Part shown: one piece after another, positions 1 through 9,451 of the stretch
Position numbering within the stretch: the stretch's first letter is position 1
Layout of the letters: each line of letters opens with the position of its first letter
NCBI GenBank assembly: GCA_038826135.1
Contig: JAWBON010000003.1
Location: 1-32,000, forward strand
Direction: 5' to 3'
Source of the DNA: Candidatus Odinarchaeota archaeon
Lineage (GTDB): Archaea > Asgardarchaeota > Odinarchaeia > Odinarchaeales > Odinarchaeaceae
DNA: 32,000 nucleotides
Notes under the pieces: model-generated
What the model was told of the DNA's origin: nothing
Database searches by the model: none
What the model saw: the letters and a program-made list of their open reading frames with translations, nothing else
Program-made: the position numbers and the translations under genes

Positions 1-446
1 TTTATGTTAACTTTTTCTTTTAAGCGGATATTAGCATCATAAACAGGTATAAGTTTGTCTAAACCAGCGTGCACATAACTTCTAGAACTATTTTTTCGAA
101 CAACTACACCTTGTCTGATACACTCCCGCTGGATTTCACTGCTTTTTACAAAGCGCATATGATGAGGGGCTTCTAAAGGCGGTAAACGCCCCACGCTTCT
201 AAGATCGTCATTCAATGGGAAGAAATATTTTCTTAGATATTGAGGGCAATCAATATAATCAAAAATGGTTTTCAAAAACTTTGCATTTAATCTTGACCAT
301 TTCTCCCCTGTGTTGTAAACTATAATCTTACTTATTTTGAATACAGCGGCTGCTCGTGCGATTAAACCGACCTTGATAGTTTTCGAATCAATATCACTGC
401 AATCTTCTAGCAGAGATGAGGGAAGCAGCAAAAAAATTTTACTCAT
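1..446 (-). CDS. SPOUT-family putative RNA methyltransferase (DUF171/COG2106, SPOUT1-like); runs off window start
   Basis: Manual translation from ATG at 446: MSKIFLLLPSSLLEDCSDIDSKTIKVGLIARAAAVFKI...DCPQYLRKYFFP...VGRLPPLEAPHH, matching the family motifs PQYLRK and G-x-LPPL-x-x-PHH; open to the window edge. Not in the ORF track. Confidence 0.85.
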   Translation of the reverse strand, partial: MSKIFLLLPSSLLEDCSDIDSKTIKVGLIARAAAVFKISKIIVYNTGEKWSRLNAKFLKTIFDYIDCPQYLRKYFFPLNDDLRSVGRLPPLEAPHHMRFVKSSEIQRECIRQGVVVRKNSSRSYVHAGLDKLIPVYDANIRLKEKVNI

Positions 447-622
447 AGTTACAGCCTCTAATAAAATTAAGTTTTTGAAAGCATATTTAATAGTTTAAGT
501 TACTAATTTAAGAGTTTAAAAGCGTAATATTAATAAGCTATGCTGTATTTTTTAAGTTGCCTAAAATTTATTATCATGTGAATACGGATAACATTAAAGA
601 TCATGTTAAGAAGGGATGATTT

Positions 623-1630
623 ATGGGTCATAGAAGAAGCAGCCCTAAGAGAGGTAGTTTATCATATTTGCCTAGAGCTAGGGCTGATAACATCATCGGG
701 AGGATAAGGAACTGGCCGGATTATCAGGGGCCTCCGAAAATACTGGGTATGATGGGTTATAAAGCCGGTATGACGCACGCTGTTATCGTTGAAACTAAAC
801 CTACAAGCCCATGGGTTAGTCATGAAATCTCGGTACCTTTAACAATAATAGATGTACCGCCGCTTATTGTTTTTGCAGTACGAGGCTATAAAAAAACTCC
901 TTACGGTCTACGGGTTGTCGACCAGATATGGAGCGCGGAAGTTAACCCTGATCTTGGCAGGAGATTAACCGTACCTAAAGACTATAATTTTGAAGAAGCG
1001 GTTAAACGATTTGAGAGCAAACTCCAAGGTATGGATGAGTTAAGCGTCCTGGTTCACACTCAACCGAAACTTGCAGGAATCTCTAAGAAAACACCGGATG
1101 TAGCTGAATTCAGGGTTGGCGGTGGGACTGTGCAAGAGAGGTTCACGTATTTAAAAAATCTTTTGGGCAAAGAGATCAGAGCGCGTGATATCTTCACTGA
1201 GGGAGGATACCTAGATACTATCTCTGTTAGTAAAGGTAAAGGATTCCAAGGTCCTGTTAAAAGATGGGGTATAAGAATACTTCCGAACAAGTCTAGGAAA
1301 ACAGTTAGGGGTGTAGGTTCAACAGGCCCATGGCACCCAGCTAGGGTGTTTTACACAGTGCCGAGAGCGGGGCAGATGGGGTTTCATCAGAGAGTAGAGT
1401 ATAATAAAAGAATAATTAAAATAGGGGAAGATCCTAAAGAAATAACTCCTAAAGGGGGTTTCTTAAGTTATAGTCCTGTTAAAAGGGATTACATGCTTGT
1501 TGAAGGAACCATACCTGGGACTAGAAAGCGGCTTATAAAATTTAGGCTACCTGTAAGAGCTCTTAAATTAGGAGCTGAGAAACCACCCCAGCTTGTATAT
1601 GTATCTTTGGATAGTAATCAAGGTGCGTGA
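623..1630 (+). CDS. rpl3: 50S ribosomal protein uL3
   Basis: PKRGSL, GYKAGMTH, SKGKGFQGPVKRWG and GQMGFHQR motifs. Confidence 0.98.
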   Translation: MGHRRSSPKRGSLSYLPRARADNIIGRIRNWPDYQGPPKILGMMGYKAGMTHAVIVETKPTSPWVSHEISVPLTIIDVPPLIVFAVRGYKKTPYGLRVVDQIWSAEVNPDLGRRLTVPKDYNFEEAVKRFESKLQGMDELSVLVHTQPKLAGISKKTPDVAEFRVGGGTVQERFTYLKNLLGKEIRARDIFTEGGYLDTISVSKGKGFQGPVKRWGIRILPNKSRKTVRGVGSTGPWHPARVFYTVPRAGQMGFHQRVEYNKRIIKIGEDPKEITPKGGFLSYSPVKRDYMLVEGTIPGTRKRLIKFRLPVRALKLGAEKPPQLVYVSLDSNQGA

Positions 1631-2418
1631 CTGTGATGGCTGCGGCTAAAGTTGGAGTTTACTCGTTGAAGGGTAGAAAAATCGGGGATGTTGAATTACC
1701 ACCAGTTTTTAAAACCCCGATCAGACTGGATTTAATTAAGAGAGCGGTGTTATCTGCAATCAGTAAGAGAAAACAGCCCTATGGGAGAGACCCTATGGCA
1801 GGTAAGAGAACCACAGCGATTTCTCTAGGACCGGGGCATGGTATATCAAGAGCGCCTAGGGTTAAGGGAAGCGGTTATAGTGCAGCTCAGAGAGGCGCGT
1901 TTTCCCCGTCAACTGTGGGAGGGCGCTTAGCTCATCCGCCTAGGTCTAATAAAGTGATCGGGGAAAAAATAAATATTAAGGAGAGAAGGCTTGCTTTAAA
2001 ATCTGCAATAGCTTGTACAGCGGTTAAAGAAATGGTAGAGGCGCGGGGTCATAAATTAGCCGATGTAAAAGAGCTGCCTATAGTTATAACTGATGAAATT
2101 GAAAAAATAAGTTCCACTAAAGAGGCTTTAGAGATTTTAAACGCCTTCGGATTAGAGACCGAGTTAGATAGGTGCAAAGAGAATATTAATATCCGGGCTG
2201 GTAAAGGTAAGATTAGAGGTAGAAAATATAAGAAACCTAGAGGCCCACTCGTCGTGGTAAGTAAAGATGAAGGCGTTGTTAACGCTATGAGGAATATTCC
2301 CGGTGTAGATGTTATAACCGTGTCTAATTTGAACTGTGAGCTTTTAGCTCCAGGATGCCATGCGGGTAGACTTACAATATATTCTAAATCCGCTTTAGAA
2401 GCTTTGAAAAACAGGTAG
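1627..2418 (+). CDS. rpl4: 50S ribosomal protein uL4
   Basis: QPYGRDPMAGKRTTA, GGRLAHPP, RAGKGKIRGRKYK and LAPGCHAGRLT motifs; overlaps the rpl3 stop (GTGA). Confidence 0.97.
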   Translation: MTVMAAAKVGVYSLKGRKIGDVELPPVFKTPIRLDLIKRAVLSAISKRKQPYGRDPMAGKRTTAISLGPGHGISRAPRVKGSGYSAAQRGAFSPSTVGGRLAHPPRSNKVIGEKINIKERRLALKSAIACTAVKEMVEARGHKLADVKELPIVITDEIEKISSTKEALEILNAFGLETELDRCKENINIRAGKGKIRGRKYKKPRGPLVVVSKDEGVVNAMRNIPGVDVITVSNLNCELLAPGCHAGRLTIYSKSALEALKNR

Positions 2419-2427
2419 GTGTGGTAA

Positions 2428-2688
2428 ATGGCGTACAGAAATATATTAATCCACCCGGTTATAACAGAAACCGCTTTAGAGCTAATAGAGAAAGAGAATA
2501 AGCTCACATTCCTGGTTAGGAGAGAAGCTACTAAAAAGAGTATAAAAGAGGCGGTTGAAAAATTATATCAGGTGAAAGTTGAGAAAGTGACAACGTTAAT
2601 CAGACCTGACGGTAAGAAGAAGGCTTATGTTAAATTAACTGCTGAAAACAGCGCCGCGGATTTAGCGACTAAAATCGGTATATTCTAA
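2428..2688 (+). CDS. rpl23: 50S ribosomal protein uL23
   Basis: HPVITE, ENKLTFLV and KKAYVKL motifs; operon position. Confidence 0.97.
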   Translation: MAYRNILIHPVITETALELIEKENKLTFLVRREATKKSIKEAVEKLYQVKVEKVTTLIRPDGKKKAYVKLTAENSAADLATKIGIF

Positions 2689-2702
2689 AGGAGGAATTAT
2701 AA

Positions 2703-3431
2703 TTGGGTAAAAGAATACTTGTCCAACGTAAAGGACGTGGAGGAAGACAGTTCAGAGCACTCTCTAATCATAGTAGAGGCGCGGTTAAATATGCTTATCT
2801 TCAAAAAACAGAGCCTGAGACTGTTATAAAAGGCGTCATCACCGATATAATTCATGATCCTGGTCGAGGAGCCCCCGTTGCCTACGCTAAACTTGAAACA
2901 GGAGGCGAGTGCCTTATGCTTATCTCTGAGGGAATGGGGGTGGGAGATACTTTTGAAATCGGAACTGGAGCCGAGTTGAGAATCGGTAACATAATGCCTT
3001 TGAAAAATATACCTGAAGGCACACCTGTTTTTAATATAGAAGGCATACCTTTTGACGGAGGGAAATATGTAAGAAGTTCAGGTGCGTATGCTACAGTGGT
3101 CAGTGCGGATGAGAATAAGGCTATTGTTAAAATGCCCTCAGGTGTTTTAAAAACATTCAACTCTAACTGTAGGGCTACGATAGGTATAGTCGCCGGCGGG
3201 GGTAGAATTGAAAAACCCTTCGCTAAAGCAGGTAAAAAATTCTATTTAATGAAGGCTAAGGGGATCCACTGGCCGGTAGTCAGAGGTGCTGCGATGAGCG
3301 CTGTTAGCCATCCACATGGTGGTGGTAGCCATCAAGGACCTGGAGGACCCTCATCAGTTAAAAGAAACACACCTCCTGGTGCAAAAGTCGGTTTAATAGC
3401 GCCTAAAAGAACAGGTCTTAAAAAGAGATAA
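2703..3431 (+). CDS. rpl2: 50S ribosomal protein uL2
   Basis: MGKRILVQRKGRG, HDPGRGAP, WPVVRGAAM and HPHGGG motifs; TTG start after GGAGG. Confidence 0.98.
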   Translation: MGKRILVQRKGRGGRQFRALSNHSRGAVKYAYLQKTEPETVIKGVITDIIHDPGRGAPVAYAKLETGGECLMLISEGMGVGDTFEIGTGAELRIGNIMPLKNIPEGTPVFNIEGIPFDGGKYVRSSGAYATVVSADENKAIVKMPSGVLKTFNSNCRATIGIVAGGGRIEKPFAKAGKKFYLMKAKGIHWPVVRGAAMSAVSHPHGGGSHQGPGGPSSVKRNTPPGAKVGLIAPKRTGLKKR

Positions 3432-3435
3432 CCTA

Positions 3436-3452
3436 TCTCTTTTTTACTTTCT
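3436..3452 (+). terminator. Probable archaeal oligo(T) terminator after rpl2
   Basis: Pyrimidine/T tract (tctctttttttactttc) a few nt after the rpl2 stop, before the convergent tRNA. Confidence 0.4.
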
Positions 3453-3550
3453 AAGGCTGAAACTGTTCAGTAACAGCTTTGAAGATTATAGCAGCTCTAC
3501 TGTAATCTATTCAAGTAACGAAATAAAATTAAAGATCGAGGAATGCGAGG

Positions 3551-3684
3551 TGCGAGGGGAGGGATTTGAACCCTCGTAAGCCTGCGCAGAGCCTCTTAGG
3601 CGTTCTTCTACGCTACGGGATCTTAAGTTTGGCGATAGTCATAAGACTACACCCGCCCCTTTGACCTGGCTCGGGTACCCTCGC
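3551..3684 (-). tRNA. tRNA-Leu(UAA) with two introns (3629-3651 at position 30/31; 3582-3607 in the variable arm)
   Basis: Removing both gives an 85-nt cloverleaf GCGAGGGTACCCGAGCCAGGTCAAAGGGGCGGGACTTAAGATCCCGTAGCGTAGGCTTACGAGGGTTCAAATCCCTCCCCTCGCA; both introns fold as BHB-type motifs; CCA not encoded. Confidence 0.93.
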
Positions 3685-3830
3685 ATCATTCTAAATATTG
3701 TTTAACTGTTTTTAAAAATTTAGTTTTTATACTTTTAAAATATTATGTAGAAAAGATAATAAATATTGTTTTTTTAAATATAAAATATAATCATCAAAAA
3801 TTTAAGCAAATCTAAATAGGTGTATAGATA

Positions 3831-4805
3831 ATGGATATGAGGAAGATACAAAAAACCGGTGGAAGCACTTATCTAATATCACTACCCAAAGAATGGATAA
3901 GCCGCTTAGGATTAAAACAGGGAGATCATCTCGCAATAATAGAGAAGAAAGACGGGACAATAGTTTTAGACCCTAGATACGATGAGAAAGAGAAGCTTAA
4001 AGAAGCGGTGATTGTGCCGAATACTAATATAACAATAGATATAACAGCCAAATATCTCAGCGGCTATGATATAATAAAAATAAAGTCTCCTAATCGAATA
4101 AGCTCTGAACTCAGGGATACAATAATTAAAACTAAAGAGAGATTAATCGGAATTGAAATAGTTGAGGAGAGCGCTAATGAAATAACTTTAAACTGTTTAA
4201 TATCCCCAGACATCGTACCCCTTGAGAAAACACTTAAGCGAATTCATCTACTCACTTTAAGAATGCATGAAGAGGCGGTAAAGTCTTTTCTCGAGAAAGA
4301 TGTGGAACTAGCTAAGAACGTTATTGAACGGGATGACGAGGTTGATAAACTTTACTTCCTTTTTGTTAGAGAGATTAGGTCTGCGCTTCAAGACCCAAGA
4401 TTAGCTGATAAAATAGGCGTTACACCAATTAAATGCTTGGATTATAGAATGATTGTGAAAAGTCTGGAGAATATAGGGGACGCTGCTGTTAAAATCGCTA
4501 GTAAAACTTTAGAATTAAATGATAATAAACTCACAAAAGTAATGTATCAACACATTATTAATCTCAGCCAGCATATAAGCGGGTTGCAGGAAGAATCTAT
4601 GCAGGCGCTTTTAAAAGAAGACTTGATGCTGGCTATTCAAGTCATGGATAAAAGAGGGGGGCTAGCAACTTTACTTGAAAACGCGAATAATGAATTAATG
4701 GGAGAGGAGTCGAATATACGTGGCAAAATTGATTCTATACTGGATGGAATAGAGCGTATTGCAGATTACTCTGTTGATATCGCTGAATTTGTAATCAGAC
4801 ATTAA
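3831..4805 (+). CDS. phoU: Phosphate uptake regulator, AbrB/SpoVT-type N-terminal domain plus PhoU domains
   Basis: RKIQKTGGSTYLISLPKEW N-terminus; ERDDEVDKLY and LENIGD PhoU motifs. Confidence 0.85.
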   Translation: MDMRKIQKTGGSTYLISLPKEWISRLGLKQGDHLAIIEKKDGTIVLDPRYDEKEKLKEAVIVPNTNITIDITAKYLSGYDIIKIKSPNRISSELRDTIIKTKERLIGIEIVEESANEITLNCLISPDIVPLEKTLKRIHLLTLRMHEEAVKSFLEKDVELAKNVIERDDEVDKLYFLFVREIRSALQDPRLADKIGVTPIKCLDYRMIVKSLENIGDAAVKIASKTLELNDNKLTKVMYQHIINLSQHISGLQEESMQALLKEDLMLAIQVMDKRGGLATLLENANNELMGEESNIRGKIDSILDGIERIADYSVDIAEFVIRH

Positions 4806-6655
4806 ACTACTGATATAAACAGGAAAACTATAAGTGTTAAAATCAATGTTGATAGTAATATCGGGGGTAAAGCACTCCTAGCTGAATTTATCGCGTCACC
4901 TGTTCCTTTAAGAATCTCTTCAACGGAAGGCCCCGCCAACCTCATACCATCTATTTTTAAAATAGAGTAACCGCCCTCAGCCTCCGCAAGATTTTTTTCA
5001 GCTTCTGCTAGACATTTAATAATATTTTTTATCAGCTCATCCTCTGGAAAGCGTAACCCCACAAGATTACTAGCGCTTAAAGTAACACCATCCACCGAGT
5101 GAGTGTCTGTAGTCATAACCTCACATTCATCATAACCAAGCCTTAACACAGCCTCCCTGATCCGATCCCTAAGCCCCGCTAACATATTATTCCCGTCTAT
5201 TAATACGTACACCATTCTCTGAGATTTCGAAGCCAAGATAACAGTAGCGATACCGCTGTCACCGATTCCGTTAGCTCTAAGATTTTTATCAAAAGTAAGC
5301 CTGCTGGAACCTATATGAAAAGTCTCCCTAGACTGTTTTGCCGCTTCTTTAATAACAAGCTCCGCAACCTCTATTAAATTATTTACTTCTTTATCTTCAC
5401 TTATAGGTTGACGTTTAGAATCAGCAGTCTTGTTATTATGAGCGTCTATTAAAATAATGTTTCTCACACCGATAGCCCCCGCCTTACTTCTAAGCATCTC
5501 TAAAACACGTGGCGCGATATCTTCAGTGTCAATTTTATCAAAAGCGGTTATAAGAGCTAAATCCCCAAAAAACTGGCAGCCAACATTGAACTGTAGATTT
5601 TGTTTTCTAATAAATTTTGAGATTGTTTTAAAAGAGGAAGAGCAGCCAACAACCTCTTTTTCCAGCATATTAGATATAGCATTAACACTTTCCGATTTAG
5701 CAAGATTCATAGCGTGAGTGGATGGCCCGTGGAAGACACCTATAACATTCACAAGCCGGCCTTCTAATTTAGATGAAATCAGCCAGGGAAGATTTGAACT
5801 TCCAACTGTTCTAAAAGGACCTGGATGAATATTCGGGACTGCAAAAACCGTCTTTTTACCAGCCGCATCTTTAAAACAGATTAATCCAATTTCAATATTA
5901 CTTGTCTCCCCCAGCTTATCAAATAAGTTTTCCAAATAAGTATTATCATCTTCAAGCCAGCTTGCCATAAAAGCTTTTAAAAAAACTGTGCTCTTAATTC
6001 CGACCGCTTTCTTCAATTTCGAGTCAACAATGTATTTATATACGAAAACACCCGCCCCCATTATTATAGATGAGAGAATAATGCTAGGAATCCAGATAAA
6101 GGAACTTGTGAAAATCAATGGAAGAGGAGTATACAACGGGGTTAAAATCACACCTACACCGAGAATGGTTCTTAATACACTTAAAAAAAGATTTTCCCAC
6201 CAATTAGCAAAACTTATTGAGAAGAAAACTAGTAAACGGAGAGTTAATACTAATGCCCCACCCAGACTGAAACCGTATACAATCACAACAGGGTTAAAAG
6301 TAAAAAAATATATGAGAGCACTTATAATGTAAAAAACACCCCAAAGAAGCGTTTCTATAGTTGAGACCGCTACCAGCCGCCTTAAATTAAGCATCCGTGT
6401 ACTCCTATTAAGAATAAGCAACCCCACTAAACTGCTAATTAAAGCAGGTATAAAAAAGATTATAATCCCTTCTAAAAAACCATAATAAAAATCCGATAAC
6501 AAATTAAAGGGGGGTATAATAAACTCTGAGAGAACCCCCACAAATAAGCTAGCGGATAAGCTAATTAAAATTAATTTTTTAAATGAAGGAAACTGAAATA
6601 ATATACTGTAAAAGGAGGGCGCCTTCTCAACCTCGGTTTTAATCCCTTCACTCAA
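4802..6655 (-). CDS. DUF2070-family membrane protein
   Basis: Multi-TM N-terminal half; HPGPFRTVGSSNLP, FHGPSTH, IDAHN and TTDTH motifs. Confidence 0.8.
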   Translation of the reverse strand: MSEGIKTEVEKAPSFYSILFQFPSFKKLILISLSASLFVGVLSEFIIPPFNLLSDFYYGFLEGIIIFFIPALISSLVGLLILNRSTRMLNLRRLVAVSTIETLLWGVFYIISALIYFFTFNPVVIVYGFSLGGALVLTLRLLVFFSISFANWWENLFLSVLRTILGVGVILTPLYTPLPLIFTSSFIWIPSIILSSIIMGAGVFVYKYIVDSKLKKAVGIKSTVFLKAFMASWLEDDNTYLENLFDKLGETSNIEIGLICFKDAAGKKTVFAVPNIHPGPFRTVGSSNLPWLISSKLEGRLVNVIGVFHGPSTHAMNLAKSESVNAISNMLEKEVVGCSSSFKTISKFIRKQNLQFNVGCQFFGDLALITAFDKIDTEDIAPRVLEMLRSKAGAIGVRNIILIDAHNNKTADSKRQPISEDKEVNNLIEVAELVIKEAAKQSRETFHIGSSRLTFDKNLRANGIGDSGIATVILASKSQRMVYVLIDGNNMLAGLRDRIREAVLRLGYDECEVMTTDTHSVDGVTLSASNLVGLRFPEDELIKNIIKCLAEAEKNLAEAEGGYSILKIDGMRLAGPSVEEILKGTGDAINSARSALPPILLSTLILTLIVFLFISVV

Positions 6656-6746
6656 CAGACATCAACCACCATCATAAACAATAAATATGAAGATACTTAT
6701 AGAATCTGGATTTATATTTTACCATTACCGTTAAGCTGGTTTAAAA

Positions 6747-7247
6747 ATGCTACTGGAAGAATTAAGGACTAAACTACCTGAAATATTTGAACAAGTTAAG
6801 AAAGACGTGTGGAAGGCAATTAAACGGCGAAGAGCCGGCTTATCATTAGGATTAACTGAAATGGGGCTTTTCAGAGGCGGATTCATAGGAGGCATGTATT
6901 TCTCCGGAGGGACCATGATACTTATGAACACAACCCCCCTCCGTATAATACTGGAAAACTACCCGGAGGAAATAGTCCTCGCATACACATACCACATACT
7001 ATTACACGAATACATACACTCTCTCGGATACCTAGAAGAAGCTCAAACTAGAGCCATTACAATTCAAATAACACGGGAAATATACCCTGATAGAAAACAC
7101 CCGGCGCGGATAATAGCTGAAGAAGGCATAAGCGCATTCTTCCCTAGCATACCATTAATATACGCTCCAAGCAACTATGAACCGGCGAACCTGCACATAG
7201 ATATCGTAAAAGAATTCGATAAAGGAAGTAAAACATATTATATATAA
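6747..7247 (+). CDS. Small zincin-like metallopeptidase-domain protein
   Basis: HExxH motif (LLHEYIHSLG). Confidence 0.6.
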   Translation: MLLEELRTKLPEIFEQVKKDVWKAIKRRRAGLSLGLTEMGLFRGGFIGGMYFSGGTMILMNTTPLRIILENYPEEIVLAYTYHILLHEYIHSLGYLEEAQTRAITIQITREIYPDRKHPARIIAEEGISAFFPSIPLIYAPSNYEPANLHIDIVKEFDKGSKTYYI

Positions 7248-7311
7248 GAAAACTCGTAAAGTTAAAATATAAACATATTTCACTAAAAACGTAAAAAATA
7301 ATTTATAAAAA

Positions 7312-7443
7312 GCGGGGGTTCCCAAGCCAGGTCTAAGGGGCAGGACTGAGGAAGGATAAACCTTTAGATCTCCTGTGGACTTCCTTTCAAAAAAGGAGGC
7401 AGAGCGTAGGCCTTCATGGGTTCAAATCCCATCCCCCGCACCA
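7312..7443 (+). tRNA. tRNA-Leu(GAG) with two introns (7352-7369 canonical 37/38; 7379-7404 in the variable arm); CCA encoded
   Basis: Acceptor stem GCGGGGG/CCCCCGC, anticodon stem CAGGA/TCCTG, T arm ATGGG TTCAAAT CCCAT; 85 nt plus CCA after splicing; both introns have BHB helices. Confidence 0.93.
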
Positions 7444-7476
7444 TCCATTTCGAGATTTATACTGTTTTAGAATTGT

Positions 7477-8328
7477 TTAGAATCTTTTTACGTACCTGTG
7501 GCAGTATGGTATTCCACCGTTTTTATTATAGTAGTCTTGATGGTATTCCTCTGCGGGCCAGAATTCTGTAGCTTTAGTGATTTTTGTAGCGACTTTGTAG
7601 CCCTGATTTTTAAGCTGTTCGATTATTTTCTCAGCGGTTTTCTTTTGCTCCTCATTCAGATAGAATATTTCAGATCTGTATTGTTCACCTATATCCGGTC
7701 CCTGATGATTAATTTGGGTTGGATCGTGGATTTCAAAAAATATTTTTACAAGTTGCTCATATGTGACAGTATTCGGATCGAAAACAACTTCTACGGCTTC
7801 AGCGTGACCAGTGTTACCCTTACAAACATCGCGGTAAGAGGGGTTTTCTTTATGACCGCCAGTGTATCCGACCCTGGTTGAAATAACTCCTTTAACTTTT
7901 TTAAAAAAGTATTCAACCCCCCAAAAACAGCCTCCTGCGAATATTGCTTTTTCAATTTTTTCACTTTTATCTTCAGGTATAAAATTTAATGAGATTGAAT
8001 TAACACAGTGCCTGACATTTTTATCCGTAAACCCTTCGCCTGTAAATATATGGCCTAGATGCGCGCCGCATTTTGCACAAACAATCTCTGTTCTAATACC
8101 GTCTTGATCAAGCTGTTTACTTACCGCTCCAGGGATTTCATCATCAAAACTAGGCCATCCGCAACCTGAATCAAACTTATCGGATGAACGGTAGAGGGGG
8201 GCGCCACAGCGCTTACAAGTATAAACCCCTTTCTCCCAGTGAAAAGTGTATTTACCAGTGAAAGGTGGCTCTGTGCCTTTGTAAATTATTACGCGCTCCT
8301 CTTCTTCGGTTAATTTATTATAATTCAA
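7477..8328 (-). CDS. msrAB: Bifunctional methionine sulfoxide reductase, MsrB-MsrA order
   Basis: MsrB motifs GTEPPF, SGCGWPSF, HLGHIF and RHCVNS; MsrA motifs AGGCFWG, GHAEAV and HQDYY. Confidence 0.95.
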   Translation of the reverse strand: MNYNKLTEEEERVIIYKGTEPPFTGKYTFHWEKGVYTCKRCGAPLYRSSDKFDSGCGWPSFDDEIPGAVSKQLDQDGIRTEIVCAKCGAHLGHIFTGEGFTDKNVRHCVNSISLNFIPEDKSEKIEKAIFAGGCFWGVEYFFKKVKGVISTRVGYTGGHKENPSYRDVCKGNTGHAEAVEVVFDPNTVTYEQLVKIFFEIHDPTQINHQGPDIGEQYRSEIFYLNEEQKKTAEKIIEQLKNQGYKVATKITKATEFWPAEEYHQDYYNKNGGIPYCHRYVKRF

Positions 8329-8402
8329 TTCTAAACACCCTTAGATTATTCAATATTCTAAATAGGTGTAAGCATTTATTAACTAATTAGTATAAATTAA
8401 GT

Positions 8403-8918
8403 ATGGTGATACCCATGGATGTGGGGAAAATTTTGAAACTTAAAATAATCTCGTCTGATTTTAAAGATGTTGGTAAAGTTAAATCGCTTGAAGTGCAAAA
8501 TTGGAATGTAGTTGGGATTAGAGCTGAATTATCTAAAGAGTTGACTACACGATTCTTCGGTAAATCCACCTTCCGGTTAATAGGTGAGGAGACTCTTTTC
8601 CTAATTAAACTCGTTAAGAATATCGGTGATGTGATAGCGTTAAATGTAACAGGCCCGGATCTGATGGTTTACTCGAAACTCGGGCAGATATTCGTAAACG
8701 GCTGTGACGTTTTAAAAAAGGAAGTTATGTCCGTTAAAGATATCGATAAATTTACTAAAAAAATCGATGAACAGATAAAGGAGTTTTTAAAAGAGGTTGA
8801 AACGATCGCAGGGGTTTCGGATCAGACACGGATTAGTATAACTAGCGATGTTAATATTCTTAGAGAGAATTTAATTAACAGCGCTTATGAACAATTAGGT
8901 GTGGAACAGAAAAAATAA
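8403..8918 (+). CDS. PRC-barrel-like domain protein with C-terminal helical extension
   Basis: KIISSDFKDVGKVKSLEV...VKNIGDVIALNV resembles the PRC-barrel pattern; start may be ATG 8415. Confidence 0.55.
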   Translation: MVIPMDVGKILKLKIISSDFKDVGKVKSLEVQNWNVVGIRAELSKELTTRFFGKSTFRLIGEETLFLIKLVKNIGDVIALNVTGPDLMVYSKLGQIFVNGCDVLKKEVMSVKDIDKFTKKIDEQIKEFLKEVETIAGVSDQTRISITSDVNILRENLINSAYEQLGVEQKK

Positions 8919-8979
8919 TAATTCAAGTATTGCTAAGTATACTCAGCTAATAAAAATAAAAAAAAGTTAAGTTTTCTAA

Positions 8980-9330
8980 TTAAGCTAGTTTTCTGACCAA
9001 ACTGATTATTCCAGCGATAATTATTAATATCGCACCAATAGAGCCACCGAAAATTAATGAGAGAATACCTAATATTATTAACATCACCCAATTGTGTTCC
9101 ACTTTAGGCCCTAAATTAATAACACCGTAGCTGGTCAGCACTATTATACCGAATATTATAACTAGTATACCCCATACTATGTTTAATAAACCGCCGGCGG
9201 GGATTAAAGGTCCGATCAATATAGCGGATAGCGCGATTAGTAGTACGCCGAAAATTATACTGAGAATCGCCCCGATGACCGCCAGAACTCTCACTATATC
9301 GTCTTTATCTTTAGATTTTTTAGTTGGCAT
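8980..9330 (-). CDS. Small Gly-rich integral membrane protein (about 4 TM)
   Basis: Hydrophobic stretches with GxxxG-like repeats and a basic N-terminus. Confidence 0.7.
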   Translation of the reverse strand: MPTKKSKDKDDIVRVLAVIGAILSIIFGVLLIALSAILIGPLIPAGGLLNIVWGILVIIFGIIVLTSYGVINLGPKVEHNWVMLIILGILSLIFGGSIGAILIIIAGIISLVRKLA

Positions 9331-9451
9331 AAGATATATTATAAGGGATGTTTAATATAAAGATTACATTTATAATACGATAAAATTTAATTATTGAACG
9401 TTTAACTTTATAAATAAAAAGTAGATATTATTCAGCTTATATTTTAGAAGT

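Noticed and set aside
3544-3557. 7-nt duplication TGCGAGG next to the tRNA-Leu(UAA) 3' end as an att site
   Set aside because: Too short, directly adjacent, and no integrase or cargo
7477-8328. MsrB-MsrA fusion as a novelty or selenoprotein
   Set aside because: Such fusions are known; catalytic residues are Cys and there is no in-frame TGA
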